Of a stretch of DNA of 64,000 nucleotides, positions 17,884 through 26,099 are shown piece by piece; positions within the stretch are counted from its first letter, which is position 1; the number at the start of each line of letters is the position of its first letter. Under the pieces are notes generated by a model. The model was not told the origin of the DNA. It searched no databases and worked only from the letters and a program-made list of their open reading frames with translations. Both the position numbers and the translations under genes were made by a program. The stretch spans positions 13,882 to 77,881 of the forward strand of contig CANQQV010000007.1 in the NCBI GenBank assembly GCA_947626095.1, written 5' to 3'. The stretch comes from an uncultured Bacilli bacterium (GTDB lineage Bacteria; Bacillota_I; Bacilli_A; RF39; UBA660).

Positions 17884-18156
17884 CTAATTTGTTCCTGAGC
17901 AATGTTTTGAATAACTACGATTATTATATGTAGCATTACAAGTAAAGTTTTGGCAATTAACACTAGTACCATTCATAGCACCAGTAGTAATATTTCCATC
18001 ATAATTACCATCAGCATCAATATTTGAACATGCAGTTTGCATTGCAATATTCGCTTGAATTTGTGGCATAATAAATACTGTAAATAATGCTGCAATCGCC
18101 GCAATTGCAACAACTGTAATAACTGTCATGTTTAGTTCACCTGTAGCTTCTTTCAT
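17884..18156 (-). CDS. Short Flp-like pilin (P1), sequon-rich
   Basis: 90 aa. MKEATGELNMTVITVVAIAAIAALFTVFIM then a head with 4 Cys and six N-x-S/T sequons. First gene behind a strong promoter. RBS GAGAGG. Confidence 0.55.
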   Translation of the reverse strand: MKEATGELNMTVITVVAIAAIAALFTVFIMPQIQANIAMQTACSNIDADGNYDGNITTGAMNGTSVNCQNFTCNATYNNRSYSKHCSGTN

Positions 18157-18193
18157 TTATAAAATCATCCTCTCTCTTATTATTACTAAAAAT

Positions 18194-18222
18194 AGTATAT
18201 CATTTATATTTTTATTATTCAA
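18194..18222 (-). promoter_or_regulatory. Sigma-A type promoter TTGAAT-17-TATACT with TG extension, for the pilin operon
   Basis: Minus strand reads TTGAAT aataaaaatataaatga TATACT, with TG at -15/-14, about 40 nt upstream of the P1 ATG. Confidence 0.6.
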
Positions 18223-18243
18223 TACTTTTTACAAAAGTATACG

Positions 18244-18290
18244 AAAAAAAAGGACTTAGTTTTTAATTATTATTATCACTAACTAAGTCT
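18244..18290 (-). terminator. Intrinsic terminator after the flavoenzyme::GT-C gene
   Basis: Minus strand reads GACTTAGTT-(19 nt loop)-AACTAAGTC followed by eight T. The 5' arm lies in the last codons of the ORF. Confidence 0.5.
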
Positions 18291-21200
18291 TTTCTAACAT
18301 AGATTTTATATGAGTTTTCTTTTTCATAAAACAGCTCATAATCTTTAAAATTATCATACGTAAACAATCGATCATATGATATGACAAATAAATGTGTAAA
18401 ATTATAAGCTTTTACAAACTCTGCTATATCACCATTGCCCACTTGAATAGCAATATAATCACCAAAAATATCTCTACCACCATTCATAGTTAAATAAAAT
18501 ACTTCTGCTCTAGTATCCATAAAAGATTTAATACCACGCCACTCTAAGTATCCACCAATATCATAATTTGTATATATCTTTATATCTTTAGGATCATATA
18601 CCTCTAATAGTTTATCAACACCTTCTTTTAAATATGATTCCTTTTGACTATTCATTATTGTTTTACCAAAATGAATACTTACAACCCCTAATAAGACATA
18701 AAATAAAATTAAAGTTATTCGATATACATTTTTCTTAGGAATTAAACTTATTTCATCTAGACAATTATTCCTAAATATATTTTTAAAAAAGTAACAAAAA
18801 GGATAAGTAACAAACATTACAAAAAAAGGAAAACTTTTTACAGCCATAAAAGATAAAATAATACAGCCAAATAACATACATAAATAACTAATCTTTACTT
18901 CTTTCTTTTTATTATAATTAACCATAAATATAATAAAATATATAAACAATACACCAATAGTATATAAACCAGGAAATTCCAATATTCTCATTGGTCTCAT
19001 TTCACCAATTATTTCAGCTCCTTGACCACCGTATGAATTAATAAAATAACATATTGCATCTAATCCATAAGGATTAACAAAACCAGCTAGAAAAATAAAC
19101 AGACAAATTATGATTAACCACCTAAAATCATAAACATTTTTCTTTTTTAAAATAACTTCTTCAAAAAATCCCTCAGCAATAAAAGGTAGCATAAAAATAA
19201 ATATAAACCACCATAAAGCAGCATTAAGATTTATTAGCAAAACAGATATAATTGGTAAGAAAAATAACACTTTATAGTTACCCTTTTTCATGAATATTTC
19301 CATAATATACACATCTAATGCTAACAATATATAGGTAAAAACTTGTGGTCTAGTAGTTATAAAATAGTTATTTAACAATAATAAATTTATTATCAAACTT
19401 ATTATTCCTGATAAAACATAATTATTATCGCTTACCAACATACAAATCTTATAAATAATAAATAATAGTAAATAATTAATTAATATTAAAACTATAAAAA
19501 CCCAAACAATTCCTGCTTTATTATACAAAGTATAAAATCCTACAGAAAATAACCATTGTTGCATTACAAAAGGTAAATCTTCATGCATTGTAAATGGTTC
19601 AATCGTCGGAAACCCATGTTCTAAAACATACCTTCCATGATTTAATAAAAACCATGAATCATTATCTAAAGTCCACTTACTAAAACACCACCACAATAAT
19701 GGTACAGAAATCATAAATATTAATAAAAACCACTTACTTATTTTTATCTTACTAATTTTATTTTTTAATTTACTAACAATATTTTTTAACTTATTATTTT
19801 TTTCATCCTTTTCCTCATGATATTCTTTTTCCGTATTTACATTCCAAATATCATCTTTAGTTGTTTCATCACCTAAAATACAATCAACAGCTTTCATACC
19901 AGTCATCATTGAATGATCCATATTATTATAACGGTGTTGACCATTACGACCAATACAATATAAATTATCACATTTATTAATATAACTAATAACTTTATCT
20001 ATTTCACTATAACTATCAAAATATGCTGGATAAGCTTTCTTGACCTTTTCACGATGAGAATCTAAAACATCATCACGATCTATAATCCCCATTTTTACAA
20101 GCTCATCTATTGCAAAGTTCTTACACTCTTCAACACTCATATTCCAAAATTCATCATTTTCATTACAGAAATATTCTAAGCCAACCCAAACTGTATCTTT
20201 AGGTTTCTTAACCATATAAGGACTCCAATTATTAAATATTTGAATTCTTCCCAACTTAACATCTGGTTCTTGAACATATATCCAACAATCAGGCACTATA
20301 TTATTTAATGTTTTTATCTTTGTTTCATTTTTTAAATTAAGTTTTTTTACCAACAACCCTACTGTAACAAAATCACGATAAGGTAAATTATCAGCAATAT
20401 TATAAACTTTCTTAGGAACATTATTCATATTACAAACTAAGTCTTTTAATGGCATACTAGAAATAAAAATATCGCCTTTAACAATTACTTCTTTTCCATC
20501 AACTAAACAAGAAATTGACTTAATTTTATTTTTATCATTATTTATCTTTACAACTTGGTGATTTTTTAAAATAGTCCCACCCATTTTTTCAACTTCTTCG
20601 GCAACTTTTTCCCATAATTCACCTGGACCATATTTCGGATATATATATTCTTCTATTAAAGATGTTTCCTTATCTTTATTTTTTTTCTTAAATAATTTTA
20701 AAATTGAATCTTTTAAAACAGCAAAGATCGAAAGTCCTTTAACTCTTTGAGCTCCCCAATCTGCTGATATATTTTTGGGATGTCTTCCCCATAGTTTTTC
20801 CGTATAACCTTCAAAAAAAGTTGAATATAATTTTTTACCGAAACGATTAATATAAAAGTTTTCTAAATTATCTTCTTTTTTCTTAATAACAATACTTTTT
20901 AAATAACTAAATCCACTTTGAATTGTTCTTACAAGTCCTAAATTCTTAAAAGTTTGCAATTTCATACTAACGGGATAATCAAAGAACTTTTTTAAGTAAT
21001 AAATACGTGAAACACGATTTCTAACTAAAAAAACATTATCTTCTTTTTCTGGATCCGGTCCACCATCTGATAAACTTTTTTCTCTTTTTAACATTTTATC
21101 ATCAAAAGATGGCTTTCCTTGAATAGGCATTATACTTTGCCAAAAATCATTAACACGTTTTTCTTTAGAAAAAAATCTATGTCCACCAATATCCATTCTA

Positions 21201-21352
21201 TTGCCTTTATAATTAACAGTTTTAGAAATTCCACCAATTGAGTTACTCTCTTCTAAAATCGTAACATTATAACCTTTACTTCTTTTTAATAATTCATAAG
21301 CTGCCGTAAGTCCAGCTGGACCTGCACCAATAATAATTGCTTTTTTCTTCAT
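18263..21352 (-). CDS. Fusion protein: FAD/NAD(P)-binding oxidoreductase (amine-oxidase/UGM-like) + polytopic GT-C-like membrane glycosyltransferase domain
   Basis: About 1029 aa from the ATG at 21352 (RBS GGGGGA). Contains [19 protein letters not shown] dinucleotide fold and GGHRFF. After about aa 535 there are more than 10 TM helices with LDNDSW (DxD-like) in the first external loop, then a ~130-aa C-terminal soluble domain. Confidence 0.55.
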   Translation of the reverse strand: MKKKAIIIGAGPAGLTAAYELLKRSKGYNVTILEESNSIGGISKTVNYKGNRMDIGGHRFFSKEKRVNDFWQSIMPIQGKPSFDDKMLKREKSLSDGGPDPEKEDNVFLVRNRVSRIYYLKKFFDYPVSMKLQTFKNLGLVRTIQSGFSYLKSIVIKKKEDNLENFYINRFGKKLYSTFFEGYTEKLWGRHPKNISADWGAQRVKGLSIFAVLKDSILKLFKKKNKDKETSLIEEYIYPKYGPGELWEKVAEEVEKMGGTILKNHQVVKINNDKNKIKSISCLVDGKEVIVKGDIFISSMPLKDLVCNMNNVPKKVYNIADNLPYRDFVTVGLLVKKLNLKNETKIKTLNNIVPDCWIYVQEPDVKLGRIQIFNNWSPYMVKKPKDTVWVGLEYFCNENDEFWNMSVEECKNFAIDELVKMGIIDRDDVLDSHREKVKKAYPAYFDSYSEIDKVISYINKCDNLYCIGRNGQHRYNNMDHSMMTGMKAVDCILGDETTKDDIWNVNTEKEYHEEKDEKNNKLKNIVSKLKNKISKIKISKWFLLIFMISVPLLWWCFSKWTLDNDSWFLLNHGRYVLEHGFPTIEPFTMHEDLPFVMQQWLFSVGFYTLYNKAGIVWVFIVLILINYLLLFIIYKICMLVSDNNYVLSGIISLIINLLLLNNYFITTRPQVFTYILLALDVYIMEIFMKKGNYKVLFFLPIISVLLINLNAALWWFIFIFMLPFIAEGFFEEVILKKKNVYDFRWLIIICLFIFLAGFVNPYGLDAICYFINSYGGQGAEIIGEMRPMRILEFPGLYTIGVLFIYFIIFMVNYNKKKEVKISYLCMLFGCIILSFMAVKSFPFFVMFVTYPFCYFFKNIFRNNCLDEISLIPKKNVYRITLILFYVLLGVVSIHFGKTIMNSQKESYLKEGVDKLLEVYDPKDIKIYTNYDIGGYLEWRGIKSFMDTRAEVFYLTMNGGRDIFGDYIAIQVGNGDIAEFVKAYNFTHLFVISYDRLFTYDNFKDYELFYEKENSYKIYVRKDLVSDNNN

Positions 21353-21396
21353 TAAAATCCCCCTAAGAAAGATATCCATATATCATATATAGATAT

Positions 21397-21405
21397 ATTA
21401 TAACA
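21397..21405 (-). promoter_or_regulatory. Extended -10 element (TGTTATAAT) for the flavoenzyme::GT-C gene
   Basis: Minus-strand TGtTATAAT lies about 45 nt upstream of the ATG at 21352, immediately after the tadC terminator hairpin. Confidence 0.4.
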
Positions 21406-21433
21406 TAAAAAAAAGATATTTAGAAATATCTTT
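21406..21433 (-). terminator. Putative intrinsic terminator after tadC
   Basis: Minus strand reads AAAGATATT-tcta-AATATCTTT followed by TTTTTT. The stem is AT-rich and therefore weak. Confidence 0.4.
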
Positions 21434-21449
21434 ATTTATTAAAACATTA

Positions 21450-22238
21450 TTATGAACCAATCATGTTCATAACCGCAATTAGTAGTAGAATCATAACACC
21501 GATACCAGTACATACTAACATACTCATTGTTTTATTTTCCATTTTATCCAAACGCTCTTTATATCGCGTCTCACGAGCTTTTTGTTGTAAGTTTGAAATA
21601 GTCTTTGAGAAAGTAATTAATTGTTCTTGTTTCCTCTCTTGACGACCTAAACTTAAACGATATAACAAACGCATCATACGCATTGAATCACGAACTGGAT
21701 ACATCTGCGCAAATTCCATATATGGTGTAACAGTTGCATCACCGGCATTAATCTTATTAATCATATCGATTAAACCTTCTCTAAATATCTCCGGTGCGTC
21801 ATTAATTGATTTACCTAAAGCAACTGGAACAGTATAGTGTTGAATTAAAATTTCTAGACCTTTTAAGTAATAAGGTAACATTGAATCTATTTGTAATAAG
21901 TGGGCTTTATAAAAACTCTTTAAATTCAAATAATCCAATTTAAACATTCCATACCCACCAACAACAGCTAAAACAACTTTAACAGCTGTTAAATTAGATA
22001 TCATAATAAATATCAATAATATTATAACTATTAAACCATTCTTTATTCTCTTTTGGAATAAAACATCAGAATCAAGACCTTCACCATATTTAGCTCTAAC
22101 TAAGAAATCATAATCTTCTTCTTTTAGCTTCATAAAGATATCTTGATTATCTTGAATAAATTTATTAGGTTTAATATAACCATTAACAGTTAAAACAATA
22201 AAAGCAACTAATCCAATAACAATAACTTCAAAATACAT
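21450..22238 (-). CDS. tadC: TadC-like platform protein (T2SSF domain)
   Basis: 262 aa. TM helices flank a helical cytoplasmic domain (LPYYLKGLEILIQHYTVPVALGKSI..) with a T2SSF-like pattern. Follows tadB with a 2-nt gap. Confidence 0.65.
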   Translation of the reverse strand: MYFEVIVIGLVAFIVLTVNGYIKPNKFIQDNQDIFMKLKEEDYDFLVRAKYGEGLDSDVLFQKRIKNGLIVIILLIFIMISNLTAVKVVLAVVGGYGMFKLDYLNLKSFYKAHLLQIDSMLPYYLKGLEILIQHYTVPVALGKSINDAPEIFREGLIDMINKINAGDATVTPYMEFAQMYPVRDSMRMMRLLYRLSLGRQERKQEQLITFSKTISNLQQKARETRYKERLDKMENKTMSMLVCTGIGVMILLLIAVMNMIGS

Positions 22239-22240
22239 AA

Positions 22241-23134
22241 CTACTCAACCCCCACATCTTCGTTATAATATTTTTCCCCTGTTACTAAGAAATAACAATT
22301 GATAATTATTATTGCATGTAATATTAATTGAACATACCAGTTTTCTAACATTGCTAAATATTCAGATCTACCAAATAATAGCTGCATAACTAAAACCAGT
22401 AAGAATAAAGCCATACCAAATGTTAAGAACTTTTTATGGAATGTTTGTCTATCCATTCTATCACGATAAACACCTTCAACCAAAGCATCTATATCCATTG
22501 ACATTAATTCTAGTGCTTCACCAGAATCTCTTGCACCTTCTTTAGTAATCTGCAAGAATAATTGGTGCATATTTTTAACCATATAATACGGATAAGCATT
22601 GTTAAAGAAGTCAATTGATTGATCAATCGTACCATTATCATAAGACATTTGAATCATTCTTTTAACATCCCTTAATACAGGATCTTGTAAAATACCAGAA
22701 TCTCTAACACCTTCTAAAGCTTTAACAAAACTCTGAGTTGTATTAAATTCCATAATAACGTTTGTCGTATAAACTTGAACTTGTTCAAATAAATATTCAC
22801 TATATAATCTTTGTGTCCTTAAATAATTTAAATAAGGAACAAAACATATCGCAATTATTGTATAAACAACTGTTACAGGAATACTATAGAAATATAAGAA
22901 AGTTATACCTGCAGCTGCTCCACCCATAAGAAGAACTTGCGTAGCATACTGCCTAGGTGTATATTCATATCCTAATTCTTTAGTTTTCTCTTTAACCTCA
23001 CGATAACTATAAGGCGCATATGTATTATAAACATTAGATACAGTATCAGCAAAAAATTTATAAACATTATCACCAGTATTAAAACGATATGCTAAAACGA
23101 AAACTGCTATAACTAACCATATAACTAATTCCAT
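22241..23134 (-). CDS. tadB: TadB-like platform protein (T2SSF domain)
   Basis: 297 aa. N-terminal TM, a paired TM, then a ~130-aa helical domain (FVKALEGVRDSGILQDPVLRDVKRMI..GEALELMSMDI) and C-terminal TMs. Directly downstream of the ATPase. Confidence 0.65.
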   Translation of the reverse strand: MELVIWLVIAVFVLAYRFNTGDNVYKFFADTVSNVYNTYAPYSYREVKEKTKELGYEYTPRQYATQVLLMGGAAAGITFLYFYSIPVTVVYTIIAICFVPYLNYLRTQRLYSEYLFEQVQVYTTNVIMEFNTTQSFVKALEGVRDSGILQDPVLRDVKRMIQMSYDNGTIDQSIDFFNNAYPYYMVKNMHQLFLQITKEGARDSGEALELMSMDIDALVEGVYRDRMDRQTFHKKFLTFGMALFLLVLVMQLLFGRSEYLAMLENWYVQLILHAIIIINCYFLVTGEKYYNEDVGVE

Positions 23135-23149
23135 AATATCACCTTCTTT

Positions 23150-24715
23150 TTATAAAACATCGCTAGTTGGTGTTGAAGCAACATTTTGTCCAACACTATT
23201 TGGCATCACAGCTGTCGGAAAAATATTTGGTTGAGGGCTTGGTGCTACACTCGTTGCTGGTGTAGCAGGTGCAGCTGGCGTAACAGGACTAGTTGTAACA
23301 GCCGAAACAGGAGCTGATACTGAAGCCTGAAATGGAACCACAGCAGCTGGTGCTACATTTTGCGTTTGAGGCACAGCTGGTGCTGGAACAGGTTGTGAAG
23401 ATGCAGCTACACTAGGCTGAGGCACAGCAGATACTGGCACAGTTGGGATAGGTTGCTCTTCTAAAACCTCTTGGCTGTTAACAACTTGAGAGTTATTAAC
23501 AGCAGGAGTAGTTCCACCATTTTGCGCTTCCCCATTCGTTGAATCACCCTCATTAAGAGCATCAATCAAAGTATTCTTAGTTTCCTTATTTGCTAAATTA
23601 TCATCTTTACTGTCTCTTAAATTAGATAAATCTTCCTTAGATTCAGCATCCCCTAAACCAAAAATATCATCATTTTCAAAATAAACATTACCAATAGCTA
23701 AATAATCAATTAGCTTCTTAGTAGGATTATGTAAAGTAACTTTACCATCCAATGTTTTAGAATATAAAATATTAGACTTTGGCTTATTAGTTTCGTCATC
23801 AACATAAAATTCACATATCTCCATAATTTCACGTTGGAAACGATCTAAAGCCTTAGAATAATAACCTTTAACATATATACCAATTTGAATATATCTATGA
23901 ATTGAAGATAGATATTGTTCAATATCTTGGCTACCTTCAAGTAACGCATACATACGCATTGGTATACTTGATGCCTTATCGGCATGAATTGTTGAAATAA
24001 TATGGTGTCCAGAAGAAATAGAGTTACGAACTGCCATAACTGCTTCAGCTGAACGAACCTCGGCAAGTAATATCCATATTGGGTTCTGTCTCATGCAGGC
24101 TACTAAGGCATCAGTATAAGATGCTATATTATTAGTCTTCATGGCCACAATATCACGATGAGGGAAAATTTTATCTAAGTGAAGTTCCAAAGTATCCTCA
24201 ATAGATATAATTTTTTCATCTTCTTTTGTATTACTAGCTAAATATTTAACAAGTTCTGTTTTACCAGAACCAGTTTCTCCTGCAATCATTATATTGCAAT
24301 GACCCCAAACACATTTTATTAAAAAATCATGCATTTGATCAGTAATATATTGTTCGTTAATTAATTTTTCTTTATTTAAACGAATCTTAGCAGGAGTTTT
24401 ACGTATCAAGCACGCGATTCCATTTGTAGCAATGGAATCGTGGACAAAGTTCATACGTAATTCAGCACTTTCAGAGTCAAGAAATGGATGAGCCATATTG
24501 AAAGTTCTACCCATAACATTTGCACATTGAAAGGCTAATTTTTCCATAAACGGATTATTTATATCAGGTCTTTCAACTTGATAAACACCTTTAGACAATG
24601 TCTTTAACCAAACTTGGCCACCATTACTATATGAAATATCGGTAATATCATCATCCTCTAAAAACTCAGATAATGGGCCAAAATCCATCTGGGAGAAAAC
24701 ATTCTTCTCATCCAT
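23150..24715 (-). CDS. tadA: TadA/CpaF-type secretion ATPase (T2SSE/VirB11 superfamily) with a Pro/Ala/Val-rich C-terminal tail
   Basis: 521 aa. Walker A IMIAGETGSGKTELVKYL, Walker B WILLAEVRSAEA, His box SGHHIISTIHA. The last ~140 aa are low-complexity P/A/V/S/T. RBS AGAGGGTG. Confidence 0.8.
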   Translation of the reverse strand: MDEKNVFSQMDFGPLSEFLEDDDITDISYSNGGQVWLKTLSKGVYQVERPDINNPFMEKLAFQCANVMGRTFNMAHPFLDSESAELRMNFVHDSIATNGIACLIRKTPAKIRLNKEKLINEQYITDQMHDFLIKCVWGHCNIMIAGETGSGKTELVKYLASNTKEDEKIISIEDTLELHLDKIFPHRDIVAMKTNNIASYTDALVACMRQNPIWILLAEVRSAEAVMAVRNSISSGHHIISTIHADKASSIPMRMYALLEGSQDIEQYLSSIHRYIQIGIYVKGYYSKALDRFQREIMEICEFYVDDETNKPKSNILYSKTLDGKVTLHNPTKKLIDYLAIGNVYFENDDIFGLGDAESKEDLSNLRDSKDDNLANKETKNTLIDALNEGDSTNGEAQNGGTTPAVNNSQVVNSQEVLEEQPIPTVPVSAVPQPSVAASSQPVPAPAVPQTQNVAPAAVVPFQASVSAPVSAVTTSPVTPAAPATPATSVAPSPQPNIFPTAVMPNSVGQNVASTPTSDVL

Positions 24716-24746
24716 AAAAACACCCTCTTTTTATTTTTTATATTAA

Positions 24747-25550
24747 TTAACACAATGTTAAATCAGTACACTCATCAGCAATAATGTGAGTTTGATTTAT
24801 AATAAGTGATCTTAATTCTTCATTAGATAATTTTGTTGCATTAGCACTAGTTGCATAAGTAGTATTACGTGCAATTGGTTCAATGACAATGCCCAATTTT
24901 TCTGCCTTCTTAAGTAGTAAGAATATTTCTTCAGGAACAGCAAAGAATAAATAGTCAGCATTACCAGGGTTATCTTTATCAGCAAAAACATTATTACCTT
25001 TTGCATCCTTAACCGCTAAAACTTCAATTGAAGCATATAATCTACCATATACTATCTTATTTTCATCTTCTTCAACAGTAGAAGATAAATATAAGTCTAT
25101 CTTATTTTCTGGCATTATTGAATTTGCCATAATAGTACTACTATTAACCTTTAATTGATAAACTGTATATCCATCTTGAATATCAGAGAACATTGAATCA
25201 GGCATATCCTCTTCATTCATTAACTGTTCATCATAGAAGAAACTATTTCTAGCTATCTTTCCATCATAAGCAACAACTTTACCAATAATAGCATCAGGTT
25301 GAGTTACAATATTATCCATATTTGCAATAACATCTTTTGGTAAATCAGCATACCCTATATCATCAGCTGTAATTTTCTTACGAGCAACTAAAGTATTTTT
25401 ACAAAAAGGAACTCTTGTAGGTTGAATAGATTGAGTTACTCTCCAACTATATCCTAAATATAAAACAACTAAACCAATTAACACACCTAATATTGTAATT
25501 GTATTTTTATTACTTAAAAACTTTTTAAAAGGTACAAGTAAATTTCCCAT
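24747..25550 (-). CDS. CpaB/RcpC-like pilus assembly protein
   Basis: 267 aa. N-terminal TM (ITILGVLIGLVVLYLGY) followed by a SAF-like segment (TLVARKKITADDIGYADLPKDV) and a beta-rich domain, positioned upstream of tadA. RBS AAGGAGGA. Confidence 0.5.
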   Translation of the reverse strand: MGNLLVPFKKFLSNKNTITILGVLIGLVVLYLGYSWRVTQSIQPTRVPFCKNTLVARKKITADDIGYADLPKDVIANMDNIVTQPDAIIGKVVAYDGKIARNSFFYDEQLMNEEDMPDSMFSDIQDGYTVYQLKVNSSTIMANSIMPENKIDLYLSSTVEEDENKIVYGRLYASIEVLAVKDAKGNNVFADKDNPGNADYLFFAVPEEIFLLLKKAEKLGIVIEPIARNTTYATSANATKLSNEELRSLIINQTHIIADECTDLTLC

Positions 25551-25573
25551 TCTTATTCCTCCTTATTTACATC

Positions 25574-26083
25574 CTATGGATAATAATCACAATAACTATT
25601 ATTCATCTTATCAGATACACAATTTAAACCGTCATCATCACAGTCCAAATTTGCTGAATCAAATTCAACGATCAAATCTATTGAATTAACAACATCTAAA
25701 TCAGTCATAGCATGTTCTCCTGCCGTTTCCTCAGTATCACGACCAATTATAAAACCAGCAGTTGTTGTTGATATTTTGACACTTACTTTAGGAGGAGATT
25801 CATATAAATCATAAAATTGAATATTATAACTATCAGTTACTGAAACAGTTTCAGCGAATCTTCTTAGGAAGTTTTCAACGAAAACTTCCTTTAAGATTCT
25901 AACTTGTCCAGTTTGTGAATAATATCTATAATCAATTGCATCATACAATGCACTATTTGCTACTTCTTTCAATTGATAATAATCTTGAGTATTAGATGTC
26001 GTAGCATCATTTGTTAACATCATAACTGATGCTATAAAGATACCAAGAATTATAAACCAATAGCCCCAGTAGGATTCTTTCAT
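25574..26083 (-). CDS. TadE-like pseudopilin
   Basis: 169 aa. MKESYWGYWFIILGIFIASVMMLTNDA (short leader plus hydrophobic helix), with C-terminal Cys residues. RBS AAGGAG. Confidence 0.45.
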   Translation of the reverse strand: MKESYWGYWFIILGIFIASVMMLTNDATTSNTQDYYQLKEVANSALYDAIDYRYYSQTGQVRILKEVFVENFLRRFAETVSVTDSYNIQFYDLYESPPKVSVKISTTTAGFIIGRDTEETAGEHAMTDLDVVNSIDLIVEFDSANLDCDDDGLNCVSDKMNNSYCDYYP

Positions 26084-26099
26084 ATGTTCTCACTCCTTT

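Noticed and set aside
23180-23470. Possible tandem DNA repeat in the GC-richer stretch at the 3' end of tadA
   Set aside because: The region encodes a Pro/Ala/Val/Ser/Thr low-complexity tail. I see reiterated short codon motifs (gctgg, ggtgc, acagc) but no exact periodic repeat unit.
15359-25006. Short ORFs 15359-15715, 16564-16794, 23845-24066 and 24812-25006
   Set aside because: Each lies entirely within a longer, motif-supported CDS (tadZ-like, pseudopilin, tadA, cpaB-like), in another frame or on the other strand.
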